Part shown: piece by piece, positions 12,300 through 24,156 of the stretch
How the letters are laid out: every line of letters begins with the position of its first letter
How positions within the stretch are numbered: the first letter of the stretch is position 1
Assembly: GCA_038087875.1 (NCBI GenBank)
Contig: CM075994.1
Span: forward strand, 9,240,001 to 9,304,000
Source of the DNA: Malacoraja senta
Taxonomy: Eukaryota
Reading direction: 5' to 3'
Length of the DNA: 64,000 bases
Notes under the pieces: generated by a model
What the model saw: the letters and a program-made list of their open reading frames with translations, nothing else
Told to the model about the DNA's origin: nothing
The model's database searches: none
Translations under genes and position numbers: made by a program

Positions 12300-13090
12300 T
12301 TAAGGACAGAGGACATTTATTATCACATACACCAATTGGTGTAGTGAAATTTGACTTGCCATTGCAGCACACAGATAAAGATAAGACACAACATCCAAGA
12401 ATTTAATAGTAAACATAAAAACATCCCCCCACAATGGTTCTCACTGTGGAGGAAGGCAGCAAAAGTCCAGTCCCATCCCCAGTTCACCCATAGTCGAGGC
12501 CTATTGATGCCTCTGCAGTCGCCGCTACGGCAGCCCGATGTTTCAGGCCCTCTCAGCGGCCCGGAGTGTCTGGAGCGGCCGCTTCCTCCCCGGAGACCAC
12601 GTCTCCCGAAGTTGACGTTTTGCGCTGGTCGGAGCTCCGACTCTGGTGACCTCGTCATGCGATCCCAGGCTCCGCGGTGTTTAAAGCTCAGCACCGCCCG
12701 CAGCTGGAAGCTCCACAGACCGCAGACCGCAGCTCTGCGACGTTGGAGCCGGCGGTCACTGCACTCGGGTAAGGTATCGCCCGCTCCACGATGGTGCCTC
12801 AGCGCTGAGCCGCCGCCGAAGCTGAAGTCCTGGCCGGTCCCGGCAGGAAACGCCGCTCCAGACGGCCGGTAGGCCGCGAGGAAAGGGCGAAAACACGGCT
12901 CGGAGAAAAGTCGCATCTCCGACCAGGTAGGTACTGAGAAAAATAGTTTCCCCCTTTGCCTCCCCCACCCCCCACCCCCCACATAAAAAGACTAAAAGAC
13001 CTGCAAAACAAACACTTTTAACTAACTAAAAATAAAAAAAGTGAAAAGACTAACATCTGCTGGCAGGGCAGCTATACTCGACGGCGCCCC
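12300..13090 (-). mobile_element. GC-rich non-coding retroposon with LINE-like 3' tail (related copy at about 3075-3700)
   Basis: Shared GC-rich body and minus-strand AATAAA plus short tandem tail in both copies. Confidence 0.5.
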
Positions 13091-13419
13091 CTGTAGGTTA
13101 AAGGTACCTCCTTTTATTCTGAGACTGTGCCCTCCAGGCCGAGACTCTCCCCCTAGCAGAAACTTCCTCTCCACATCCAATCCGTTCATTATTCCAAAAG
13201 TGTCAATGAGGTGTGTACCCGCCCTCATCATTGGAACTCCAGCTAGTACAGGCCCAGTGCCGTCAAAAGATGCTCATCATACGTCATGACTTCCTGCCTC
13301 TTTAGTTTATCGTCACCTGTACCATGGTACAGTGAAAAGCCTTTGTTGTGAGCTAACCAGTCAGCGGAAAGACAATGCGTGATTACAGTCGATCCAGCCA
13401 CTGTGTATAGATACGTGAT

Positions 13420-14590
13420 AATGGATACTCACCTGGACAGACAGGGCACGTATGTGAGGATGCTCTTCATTGACTATAGCTCTGCATTCAATACGGTCAT
13501 CCCCACCAAGCTCACCACCAAACTCCACCAGCTAGGCCTCAGCTCGCCGATATGCGATTGGATCCTGAACTTTCTGACGGAGCGACCGCAGGCAGTGAGA
13601 CTGGGCCCGCACCTGTTCTCCACTATTACCCTGAGCACCGGCACACCACAGGGCTGTGTACTAAGCCCCATGCTCTACTCCCTCTTCACTCACGACTGTG
13701 TCCCTGCATTCGACACCAACACCATCGTGAAGTTTGCAGACGACACAACAGTGATTGGGCTGATCACCAACGGTGATGAAACAAAATACAGAGCGGAGGT
13801 GCAGAACCTGGCGGACTGGTGCGCTCATAACCAGTTGTCACTAAACACCTCCAAGACCAAGGAGCTGATTATTGACTTCAGGAGGTCCCATAATGGAGAA
13901 TACGCCCCAATCTCCATTTACTGGGAAAGTGTGGAGAGAGTGTCCAGCTTTAAGTTTCTGGGCACTCACATTTCAGAGGACCTCACATGGTCCAACAACA
14001 CCGCTGCGCTGGTCAAGAAGGCACAGCAACGACTGTTCTTCCTGAGGACATTAAAAAAGACTGGTCTGCCCCAACAGCTGCTGACAACGTTCTACCACTG
14101 CACCACAGAGAGCATATTAACGTATGGCATCTCTGTGTGGTATCTCAGCTGCACGGAGGCGGAGAGGAGAGCTCTTCAGCGCGTCGTCCACAGAGCGCAG
14201 AGGATCATTGGGACAGAGCTACCAGCCTTGGAGGGCATCTACCACACACGGTGCCTCAGGAAGGCCGTCAGCATCCATAAGGACTCATCACACCCTTGTA
14301 ACGGACTGTTTGAACTACTTCCCTCCGGCAGATGTTACAAGGCCTTCTACGCCCGAACCTCCAGACTCAGAAACAGCTTTATTCCAAGAGCTATAGCGGC
14401 TCTGAACCGGCCCTGCTGAGTGCCCACCCACCCGCCCTGGACAGTCTCCCTCGGATGGTCACGTCACTCAGCTTGCTTATTTATTTATTTTACTTTTCTT
14501 GTACATCGGTGGAGCTGCATACTAAATCTCGTTGCACTGACGTGCAATGACAATAAAAGATATTATTATTATTATTATTATTATTATATA
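13420..14590 (+). mobile_element. Rex1/Babar-clade LINE, 5'-truncated
   Basis: RT ORF with [32 protein letters not shown] plus (TAT)n tail. Confidence 0.85.
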
Positions 14591-14989
14591 ACGAGAATAA
14601 TGTTTAGTGCAAGGTAAAGTCCAATAAAATCCCATTCGAGATCGTCTGAGGGTGTCATTAGATCTGCACCCCCATACTCTATTTTCCATCTTTTTGTGGC
14701 TCCATGATTGTGAAAAGGCATCCTCAACACTAGGTTCTTCTGCTCACTGGGTGCCAACACAAGAGTCCACAGAGTAGTGCAGAAACAAAGATGTTGGTAT
14801 AAACCAAAGATGGACACAAAATACTGGAGTAATTCAGCTGTTCAGGCAGCATCTTATACAGTGGAAACATGCCCTTCAGCCCAACATGCCCACGCCGACC
14901 AACATATCCCATCTACAGGCATGATATTCTTCTGATTTGAATCGGAATTTTTTTGTTTTCCTATTTTTCAATTTTCTTGTGCCCGATTA

Positions 14990-15235
14990 TTTGGCGGCCA
15001 ATCAACCGCTGTCTCTAAGGGGGTTGCGTCCAATCACCGACCAGCTTCCTTTAAAATTCCCGTCCAATCAACAAATCGGTCTCCTGCCGTCCAATCAGCT
15101 GCTGCCTCCAATGGCGTTGTGTCCAATCACATAATGCGCCGGTCACTCGGCAACCAATCAGACGCAGTCTCCGAGGGGCGTTGCGGCCAATCGCCGAGCA
15201 GCTTCCCTTACTGAAGCAGAAGATGGCTGCAGCCA
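14990..15235 (+). promoter_or_regulatory. CpG-rich promoter-like island with seven phased CCAATC boxes and a YY1-like AAGATGGCTGC motif
   Basis: CCAATC at 14998, 15030, 15064, 15091, 15123, 15154, 15187 (27-34 bp spacing); AAGATGGC at 15220; TTTGAA at 14936. Confidence 0.6.
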
Positions 15236-15252
15236 ACATCAGTGTTTCTGTG

Positions 15253-15490
15253 TTAAAGAAGGAACTGCAGATGCTGGAAAATCGAAGGTACACAAAAATG
15301 CTGGAGAAACTCAGCGGGGTGCAGCAGCATCTATGGAGCGAAGGAAATAGGTAACGTTTCGGGCCGAAACCCTTCTTCAGACGAAGAAGGGTTTTCAGAC
15401 GAAGAAGGGTTTCGGCCCGAAACGTTACCTATTTCCTTCGCTCCATAGATGCTGCTGCACCTGCTGAGTTTCTCCAGCATTTTTGTGTAC
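15253..15490. mobile_element. Fold-back Penelope-derived mini-element with 16-bp TSD
   Basis: Inverted arms; TSD CATCAGTGTTTCTGTG at 15237-15252 and 15491-15506. Confidence 0.85.
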
Positions 15491-15928
15491 CATCAGTGTT
15501 TCTGTGCTGTTTGCACACAGTGCTAGGTAGGCAAAGGGACAATTCAGGTAGCATTTTTTGTAAAGAATTTTTTTAGCTGTATGAAGTCATTTATTTTATG
15601 AAATATTTATCTTTTGGGGGTTATTTTACTGGTTATGTGTTAGGAAAAAGTCTAAGCTTCTGTTATGTAAACTACCAACAGAAAGCTTGGGAATCACTTT
15701 CAATTTATTAAAATGCAGGAGCCCCCTGGACCCCCACTGGGGAGAGACCTAACCTGCCTCCTGGACCCCCGGCCAATACTTCCTACTTTTTTTCTGGAGG
15801 AGAAGGAATGGGTGACGTTGTGGGTCTTTAAACTCAAATTGGAATCGGTCTCCTAATTGGATTTACTTGTTGTAACTGGGAGCTGTGTCTTTGCCCCTGT
15901 CTAACGGGACTCGTTTGTTCATTTCCAG

Positions 15929-16004
15929 TTGGAGAAGTATCAGCAAGGGGACTTTGGCTACTGCCCTCGAGTGTACTGTGAGAACCAGCCTATGCTTCCC
16001 ATTG
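15929..16004 (+). pseudogene. CSNK2B: CSNK2B (casein kinase II beta) exon 5 equivalent, [26 protein letters not shown]
   Basis: Peptide matches the CK2 beta zinc-finger region; 76-bp exon with ttccAG acceptor and GTAGGT donor; neighbouring exons not found. Confidence 0.85.
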
Positions 16005-16027
16005 GTAGGTGCACCAACAACAACTTA

Positions 16028-16958
16028 AGGGCCTGTCCCACTTTGCCATTTTTTCCGGTGAGCGGTAGTGACTGACGCCCGTAAAACCGTCAAGTTGTAC
16101 GACATACGCACTGACGCGGTGACATTATTGTTTAAAATGCATTAACGTTTAAAATGCCTGTCCATTAATGTTTAAAATCCATGCATTGAAGGAAGAATAT
16201 TTTACAGCCCATCTGGGGTCCCTAACCCTAACTGGGCGTCATCCGCCCCTCACCTCCCCCACCCCGCTTCTCTACACTCCACTCCTATCTCCCTCCCCCC
16301 ACCCCCTCCTCTTCTCCCATCTCCACTCCTCCTCCTCCTCTCCCCTCTCCTCTCCTCAACGTTTCCTCTCCTCTCCACACCTCTCCTCTCCCTCCTCTCC
16401 TCCCATTTCCCCTCTCCCCTCCTCTCCTCTCCTCCCCTCCCCATCTTCTCCTCCCCTCACCTCTCCTCTCATGACCTCCCCTCTGCTCACCCCTCGCCTC
16501 AAATCCAGCACCTTAGATAATTGTAGTAAGGTGGAGGTGCGAAATTCTCTCCTTTCCTACCCACAGCCCTTCCTTTCTTCCCACCTCCCCGTTCATCCCC
16601 TGCTCCACTCTCCTCCCCTCCACTCTCCTCCCTGCCCCTCTCCTCCCTGCCCCTCTCCTCCCCTCCCCTCTCCTCACTGCCCCTCTCCTCCCTGCCCCTC
16701 TCCTCTGCTCTCCTCTCCTCTCCACGTTCATCCCCTCTCCTCTCCTTCCCTCTCAGCGTGTGACAGGGCGCACGGCATGATGAGACACTCCGATGTCGCC
16801 CCTGGATTTTGAACATTTCAAAAATCCAGGTGCGACAGGGAGACACCGCGCGTCACTACATGCGTTACCACGCATCACGCCGTGTCGCGACCCAACCACG
16901 ACGCGACAACCTCTTTTCTGGCTGTCGCTGAAAATGTTGCCCAAGTGGCACAGGCCCT
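16028..16958. mobile_element. PIF/Harbinger-like MITE containing a (CCTCT)n polypyrimidine tract
   Basis: TIRs AGGGCCTGTCCCACTT / AAGTGGCACAGGCCCT with TTA-like flanks. Confidence 0.65.
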
Positions 16959-19900
16959 TTAGATTTACATAATGTCCTTTGCAGCCTGAAAGTACCTTTG
17001 TCGAGGTGAACTGTGACCACGATCATCTTTAGTTTTTGTGTTAGTTTAGAGATACACCGTGGAAACAGGCCCTTCGGCCCACCGAGTCCACGCCATCCAA
17101 CGATCCCCGCACGTTAACGCTCTCCCACACACACACACACACACACACTAGGGCCAATTTCCATTGGTATCAAGCCAATTAACCTGCAAGCCTGTACGTC
17201 ATTGGAGTGTGGGAGGAAACCGGAGCATCCGGGGAAAACCCACGCAGGTCACGGGGAGAACGTCCAAACTCCGTACAGACAGCACCCGTAGTCGGGATCG
17301 AACCCGGGTCTCCGGCGCTTTGAACACTGAAAGGCAGCAAATATCCACTGGCTTGGCCTCCACAACCTTCTGAGACAAAGAATTCCACAGATTCACCACC
17401 CTGTGACTAAAGAAATTCCTCCTCATCTCTTTCCCAAAGGAACGTCCTTTAATTCTGGGGCTAAGACCTCCACTCCTAGACTCTCCCACTAGTGGAAACA
17501 TCCTCCCCACATCCACTCTATATGGCTTTCACTATTCGGTACCTTTCAATGAGCCCCCCCCCCTCATCCTTCTAAACTCCAGCGAGTAGAGGCCCAGTGC
17601 TGTCAAACGCTCATCATATGTTAACCCACTCATTCCTGGGATCATTCTTGTAAACCTCCTCTGGACCCTCTCCATAGCCGGCACATCCTTCCTCAGATAT
17701 GGGGCCCTAAATTGCTCACAATACTCCAAATGTGGCCTGACCAGCGCCTTCTAGAGCCTCAGCGTCACCTATCTCAAGGAAAAGTGGAGCCCACAATGGT
17801 CCATTGTTGGCTGTGGAGGAGGTGATAATGAGTGGATACAAACAGTGAGACAATATAGAACAATGGATACCAAGGGTAGACGCAGAAGGCTGGAGTAACT
17901 CAGCGGGACAGGCAGCATCTTTGGAGAGAAGGAATGGGCGACGTTTCGGGTGGAGTCCCTTCTTCAGACTCGAAGTCCATCTGTAAATTGTCCCTAGTGC
18001 GTGTAGGACATTGTTAGTGTGCGGGGATCGCTGGTCGGCGCCGGACTCGGTGGGCCGAAGGGCCCGTTTTTACGCAGACCGTCGATCCCTGCACTCTAAC
18101 GCTATCCTACACACACTGGGGACAATTTACAATTACACCCAGCCAATTAGCCTACAAAACCTGTACGCCTTTGGAGTGTGGGAGGAATCCGGAGCACCCG
18201 GAGAAGACCCACGCAGAGTACGGGTGACGTTTTCGGTCTGAAGGGTCTGAAGGGTCTCGACTCAAAATCGTCACCCATTCCTTCTCTCCAGAGATGCTGC
18301 CTGTCCCGCAGAGTTGCTCCAGCTTTTATGTGTCCATCTTAGCATTACATCCCTGTTTTTGTATTCCATCCCTCTTGAAATGTAGGAGGCCAGGTCAATG
18401 GATATTTTTTAGGCAGAGATAGATAGATTCTTGATTAGTGCGGGTGTCAGAGGTTATGGGGGGGAAGGCAGGAGAATGGGGTTAGGAGGGAGATGATTGA
18501 ACGGCGGCGTAGACTTGATGGGCCGAATGGCCTAACTCTGCTCCTACCACTTATCAACTTGTGTGGGGCCTCGCCATTTACCAAGCGGTAGAGTAGCTGC
18601 CTCACACCGCCAGAGACCCGGGTTCGATCCTGACCACGGACGCTGCCTGTACGGAGTTTGTACGTTCTCCCCGTGACCTGCGTGGGTTTTCCCCGGATGC
18701 TCCGGTTTCCTCCCACACTCCAAAGACGTGCGGGTTTGTCAGTTAATTTGCTTCGGTATAAGAGTCCCCAGTGTGTGTAGGATAGTGCTGGTGTGTGGGA
18801 CAATTGGTGGTCAGCGTGGTGGGGCCTGATTCCGTGCTGGGACTCTGATGTAAAGTCTAAACTCAGTATGGATTCCCCAATGACAAATGGAGATGTGGAA
18901 TTAATTAGTCCACGACCCTGAATTACTAGTCCGCTATTATTACCACAGAGCTCCTGGCCCATCTCCGCGTATGTGCCATTAATAGACAATAGACAATAGA
19001 CAATAGACAATAGGTGCAGGAGTAGGGCATTCGGCCCTTCGAGCCAGCACCGCCATTCAATGTGATCATGGCTGATCATCCCCAATCAGTACCCCGTGCC
19101 TGCCTTCTCCCCATATCCCCTGACTCCACTATCTTTAAGAGCCCTATCTAGCTCTCTCTTGAAAGTATCCAGAGAACCGGCCTCCACAGAGGCAGAGAAT
19201 TCCACAGACAATCCAGTAGTCCTTATTATCCAGTTCATTCCCGGGATGGCGGGACTGTCATATGTTGAGAGAATGGAGCGACTGGTCGGGTTTGGACTCA
19301 ATTGGCCGAAGAGCCTGTATCCGCGCTGTATCTCTAAGCTAAACTAAACCTTCAGAGAAATCCGACGCTTTAGAAACAAGGAACTACAGATGCTGGTTTA
19401 CACAAAATAAAAGGCACAAAGTGCTGGAGTATTTCAGCGAGTCATGTAGTATCTCTGGAGAACATGGACAGGTGATGTTTTGGGTCGGGACCCTCCTTCT
19501 GACTGCTGATCTGTTAGCTTAGAACGCAAAGCAAAGACTTATTATTAAAGTAGACACAAAAAGCTGGAGGAACATTGAAGATAGACACAGCAAGCTGGAG
19601 TAATTCAGCGGGACAGGCAGCATCTCTGGAGAGAAGGAATGGGTGTGACCTTTCGGGTCGAGACCCTTCAGTCTGAAGGAGACCCGAAACATCACCCATT
19701 CCTTCTCTCCAGAGATGCTGCCTGTCCCGCTGAGTTACTCCAGCGTGTTGTGTCTATCTTCGGTTTGAACCAGCGTCTGCAGTTCCTTCCGACACGTTAC
19801 TGATTGAAGAAGGACACAAAATGCTGGAGCAACTCAGTGGGCCTGGCAGCATCTCTGGAGAACATGGATAGGTACAAAGAGCTGGAGTAACTCAGCGGGT

Positions 19901-20891
19901 CAGGCAGCATCTCTGGAGAAGATGGATGGGTACAAAGTGCTGGAGTAACTCAGCGGGTCAGGCAGCATCTCTGGAGAAGAGGAATGGGTGACATGTTGGG
20001 TCAGCACCCCAATATCATCAGGTATTGAGGGACTGAACGTAGGTCTTGCTATTGAGTGAGTACTGCGTAGGTTCACAAGGTTAATTCCCGAGATGGCGGG
20101 ACTGTCATATGCTGAGAGAATGGAGCGGCTGGGCTTGTACACTCTGGAGTTTAGAAGGACTAGAGAGGATCTTATTGAAATATAAGATTATTACGAGTTT
20201 GGACACGCTAGAGGCAGGAAACATGTCCCCGATGTTGGGGGGAGTCCAGAACCAGGGGCCACAGTTTAAGAAAACGGGGTAAGGCATTTAGAATGGAGAT
20301 GAGGAAACACGTTTTCACCCAGAGGGTGAAATGCATGGGTTACTTAAACATAGAGAGATCAAAACTCATACTGCTCGGGTGTAAGCTGCCCAAGCGAAAT
20401 ATGAGGCGCTGTTCATCCAATTTGTGTTTGGCCTCACTCTGACAGTGGAGGAGGCCCAGGACAAAGGTCAGTGTGGGAATGGGAAGGGGAGTTAAAGTGC
20501 CGGGAGACCAGGCATCTTCGGAGAGGAAATTTAAGTTAGTTTAGATTAGAGATACAGCGCGGAAACAGGCCCTTCGGCCCACCGAGTCTGCACTGACCAG
20601 CGATTCCCGCATACTTAACACTATCCTACACACACCAGGGGGAATTTACAAATTTTTCCGAAGCCAATTAGTCTACAAACCCAGTGCGTTTAAGGAGTGC
20701 GGGAGGAAACCGGAGCTCCCGGAGAAAACCCACGCAGGTCACGGGTAGAACGCGCAAACTCCGTACAGACAGCGCCCATAGTCGGGATCGAAGCCGGGTC
20801 TCTGCCTCCTCCACCTTCTCGCTCCTGTCCTCCGCTCCATCGCCGTTAACTCTCTCCATCTCTTTCCCCCTTTTACCCCCCTTCTCTCCAG

Positions 20892-20982
20892 ACTCTACGG
20901 CTTCAAGATACACCCCATGGCCTACCAACTCCAGCTCCAAGCTGCCAGCAACTTCAAAAGCCCAGTCAAGACTATCCGTTAG
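20892..20982 (+). pseudogene. CSNK2B: CSNK2B last coding exon, (R)[29 protein letters not shown]
   Basis: Recognisable vertebrate CK2 beta C-terminus; long polypyrimidine tract and cAG acceptor at 20890-20891; TAG at 20980-20982. Confidence 0.88.
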
Positions 20983-21825
20983 AGAAAGAAGAGAGAGCGA
21001 GAGAGAGAGCGAGACCCGGGCAACTCCTCAAGAAAAGATGTCTGTTTAACAGCGGGCCCGCAGACAGATGATATGCCACGAGGCTGTAAACAGTGTTCAC
21101 TTTAACAAAAGAAACTCTTTGCCTTCTCCTCCCCTCTCTCCCTCCCTAACCCCCCCCCCCCACCCCCTCCAAAACCACATTATTCTGTTATTGCCGCTTC
21201 CACTCCCCTGTCCCCATTCACAGTCGTGAACTGAAGTTGGTGCCAATGGATTTCTTTTCAGTGGGGGAACAAAAACAAACTTTAAAACGTTTCATCAACA
21301 CAAAAATGAACCGCTTGTGTGTGTGTGTTTGTGAAGACATGGCAGGGTGAATTATCTGTCTTGGGAAGGAACTGCAGATGTTGGTTTACACCATCGATAG
21401 GCTCAAAATGCTGGAGTAACTCAGCGGGACAGGCGGCATCTCTGGAGAGGGAACGGGTGACGTTTCGGGTCGAGGCCCTTCTTCAGACACAAAAGTCCCC
21501 TCTCTCCAGAGATGCTGCCTGAGCCGCTGAGTTTACTCCAGCATTTTGTGTCTTGTCTAAGGTGGATTATTCTCTGTTCAACCCTGTTCACTTCTGCGAG
21601 TTCTTTATCTGAGTCCCGGTCACCCATGGCGCTCTCTGTCTCCGTCTCGAGGATTTGAGGGCAGTCGCAGGCCTGCAAGGTGTAATAACGAAGGAACTGC
21701 AGGTGCTGGTTTACACCAAAGAAAGACACAGGGTGCTGGAGTAACTGGGGGGTGTCAGGCAGCATCTCTGGAGAACATAGATGGGTGCCAGCTCGGGTCG
21801 GGACCCTTGAAGATAGTTCCAGACC

Positions 21826-22220
21826 CGAAACGTCGTCTACCCACGTTCTCCACAGATGCTGCCTGACCCGCTGAGTTACTCCAGCACTCTGTGAAACGTC
21901 ACCTACCCATGTTCTCCACAGATGCTGCCTGACCCGCTGAGTTACTCCAGCACTCTGTGAAACGTCACCTACCCATGTTCTCCACAGATGCTGCCTGACC
22001 CGCTGAGTTACTCCAGCACTCTGTGAAACGTCACCTATCCATGTTCTCCACAGATGCTGCCTGACCCGCTGAGTTTCTCCAGCACTCTGTGAAACGTCAC
22101 CTATCCATGTTCTCCACAGATGCTGCCTGACCCGCTGAGTTACTCCAGCACTCTGTGAAACGTCACCTATCCATGTTCTCCACAGATGCTGCCTGACCCG
22201 CTGAGTTACTCCAGCACTCT
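21826..22220. repeat. 66-bp tandem array (~6 copies) derived from the Penelope terminal repeat
   Basis: GTGAAACGTC recurs at 21891, 21957, 22023, 22089, 22155. Confidence 0.9.
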
Positions 22221-22778
22221 GCGTCCGTTGGATGGGATCAGCCCATCCCGGTGTTGTCAGAAGTCTGGTTTCCAGTCCCGCAGTGTAGGCAGCGGTTTAG
22301 GGTGAAGAGTATCACGTCAGTGGGCTTCTGAACGACAGGCCAGCGACGTGCCATTGAACCGCCATTTAGTTTTGACAACGGATTGGTACCAAAGACCCAA
22401 AGTGATGAACCAGTTGAAAGGGTGAACAACATCTACACTCGGTTGTCCCAACTTCCCACTGCCGTTTCCCCCCCCATCTTTATTTTCTCTCTGCAATCCG
22501 TACGTATGAGAGAGTTGCTACCAATTTCGAAGACATCCCGACCATTTAGTAACGACATTGAGAATCCTATAGCATTGGCCAGGCGTGACTCATTTATTCC
22601 ACCACCCTGCTCGGAATGAAGAATACTTTGGTTCCTTTCACCTGTCCTTTCCCTTCAGGTAAGTTAAGGTCATGAACTGTATTGTACGTATTCTATAAAG
22701 GAAGTTGACTTGGTAAAAAGCTGTCCGTATATTTTTTTTAAAGAAATTGTCTGGGATTGTTACTAATGTGTATTTCTG

Positions 22779-22784
22779 AATAAA
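22779..22784 (+). terminator. Candidate polyadenylation signal (AATAAA) of the CSNK2B-like unit
   Basis: AATAAA at the end of a non-repetitive AT-rich stretch (22230-22800) downstream of the CSNK2B last exon. Confidence 0.35.
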
Positions 22785-24156
22785 TGCTTGATTGAAGTGA
22801 CCACGAGTTTCAGTTTGCACATTCTGTCCCGACGGATAAGTCAAGTTTATTTGTCACATACACATACAAGATGTGCAGTGAAATGAAAGTGGCAATGATA
22901 GAAGGTAGACAACAATGCTGGAGAAACTCAGCGGGACAGGCAGCATCTCTGGAGAGAAGGAACGGATCGAGACCCTTCTTCAGACTGAGAGTCAGGGGAG
23001 AAGGAGACAGAGATAAGGAAGTTAGACAAAAATGCTGGAGAGACTCAGCGTGTGAGGCAGCATCTATAGAGCGAAGGAATAGGTGACGTTTCGGGTCGAG
23101 ACCCTTCAGACTGATGTGGGGGTGGGGGTGGGGGTGGGAAGAAGAAAGGAAGAGGCGGAGACAGTGGGCTGTGGGAGAGCTGGGAAGGGGGGGGGAAGGA
23201 GGGAGAAAGCAGGGACTACCTGAAATTGGAGAAGTCAGTGTTCATACAGCTGGGGTGTAAACTACCCAAGCGAAATATGAGGAGCTGCTCCTCCAATTTG
23301 CGTTGGGACTCACTCTGGCCATGGAGGAGGCCCAGGACAGAAAGGTCAGATTGGGAATGGGAGAGGGAGTTGCTGTGCTGAGCCACCGGGAGATCAGGTT
23401 GGTTAATGCGTCACTTATTCCTTCGCTCCATAGATGCTGCCTCACCCGCTGAGTTTCTCCAGCATTTTTGTCTACCTTCGATTTTTCCAGCATTTCCATT
23501 CTTTCTTAAACGTGGCAATAATAGGGACCGCTGTTAAAAGTTGCTGAGGGTCTATCACCAACTCTGCTCTAGGCTTTTCCTCACAGCAGTTTGCTACGGA
23601 GCCAAAATGAAGAGACGGACACGGAAGCGCAATGGGCGGCAGGGTGGCGCAGCGGCAGAGATGCTGCCTTACAGCGCTTGCAGCGCCGGACACCCGTGGT
23701 CAGGATGGAACCCGGGTCTCTGGCACCGCGGGGCATCAACTCTACCGCTGCACCACCGTGCAGTTTATAAAATTGTTTTCCAGAATTTGATAGAGGCTTT
23801 GACAGATTCTTCATTAGTACAAGTGTCAGGGGTTATGGGGAGAATGTGGTTGAGAGGGAAAGATAGATCGGCCATGATTGAAGGGCCGAGTAGGCTTGAT
23901 GGGCCGAATGGCTTAATCCTGCTCCTGGAACATAAAAAAAGGAATATGCTCACATATTTTTTGAAAATCAGTATTTTATTGAGATGCAGCAACAGATGTA
24001 CAGAGTCATGGTACAAACTCCAAGTTATATGATTATTATTATTATCCAAATTATTATAAGATTGCAAGTATCAAGTATGGTGTATTAGGCAATAGACAAT
24101 AGGTGCAGGAGTAGGCTATTCGGCACTTCGAGCCAGCACCGCCATTCAATGTGATC

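Noticed and set aside
15223..15530. Coding first exon (MAAANISVSV...) fused in frame to CSNK2B exon 5
   Set aside because: It is interrupted by an insertion, and the reconstructed donor is phase 2 while exon 5 starts in phase 0
16168..16846. Pro/Ser-rich and Arg/Gly/Glu-rich ORFs
   Set aside because: Low-complexity (CCTCT)n tract inside a MITE
21826..22220. CRISPR-like regularly spaced repeats
   Set aside because: Units are contiguous near-identical tandem copies without unique spacers, in a vertebrate context with no cas genes
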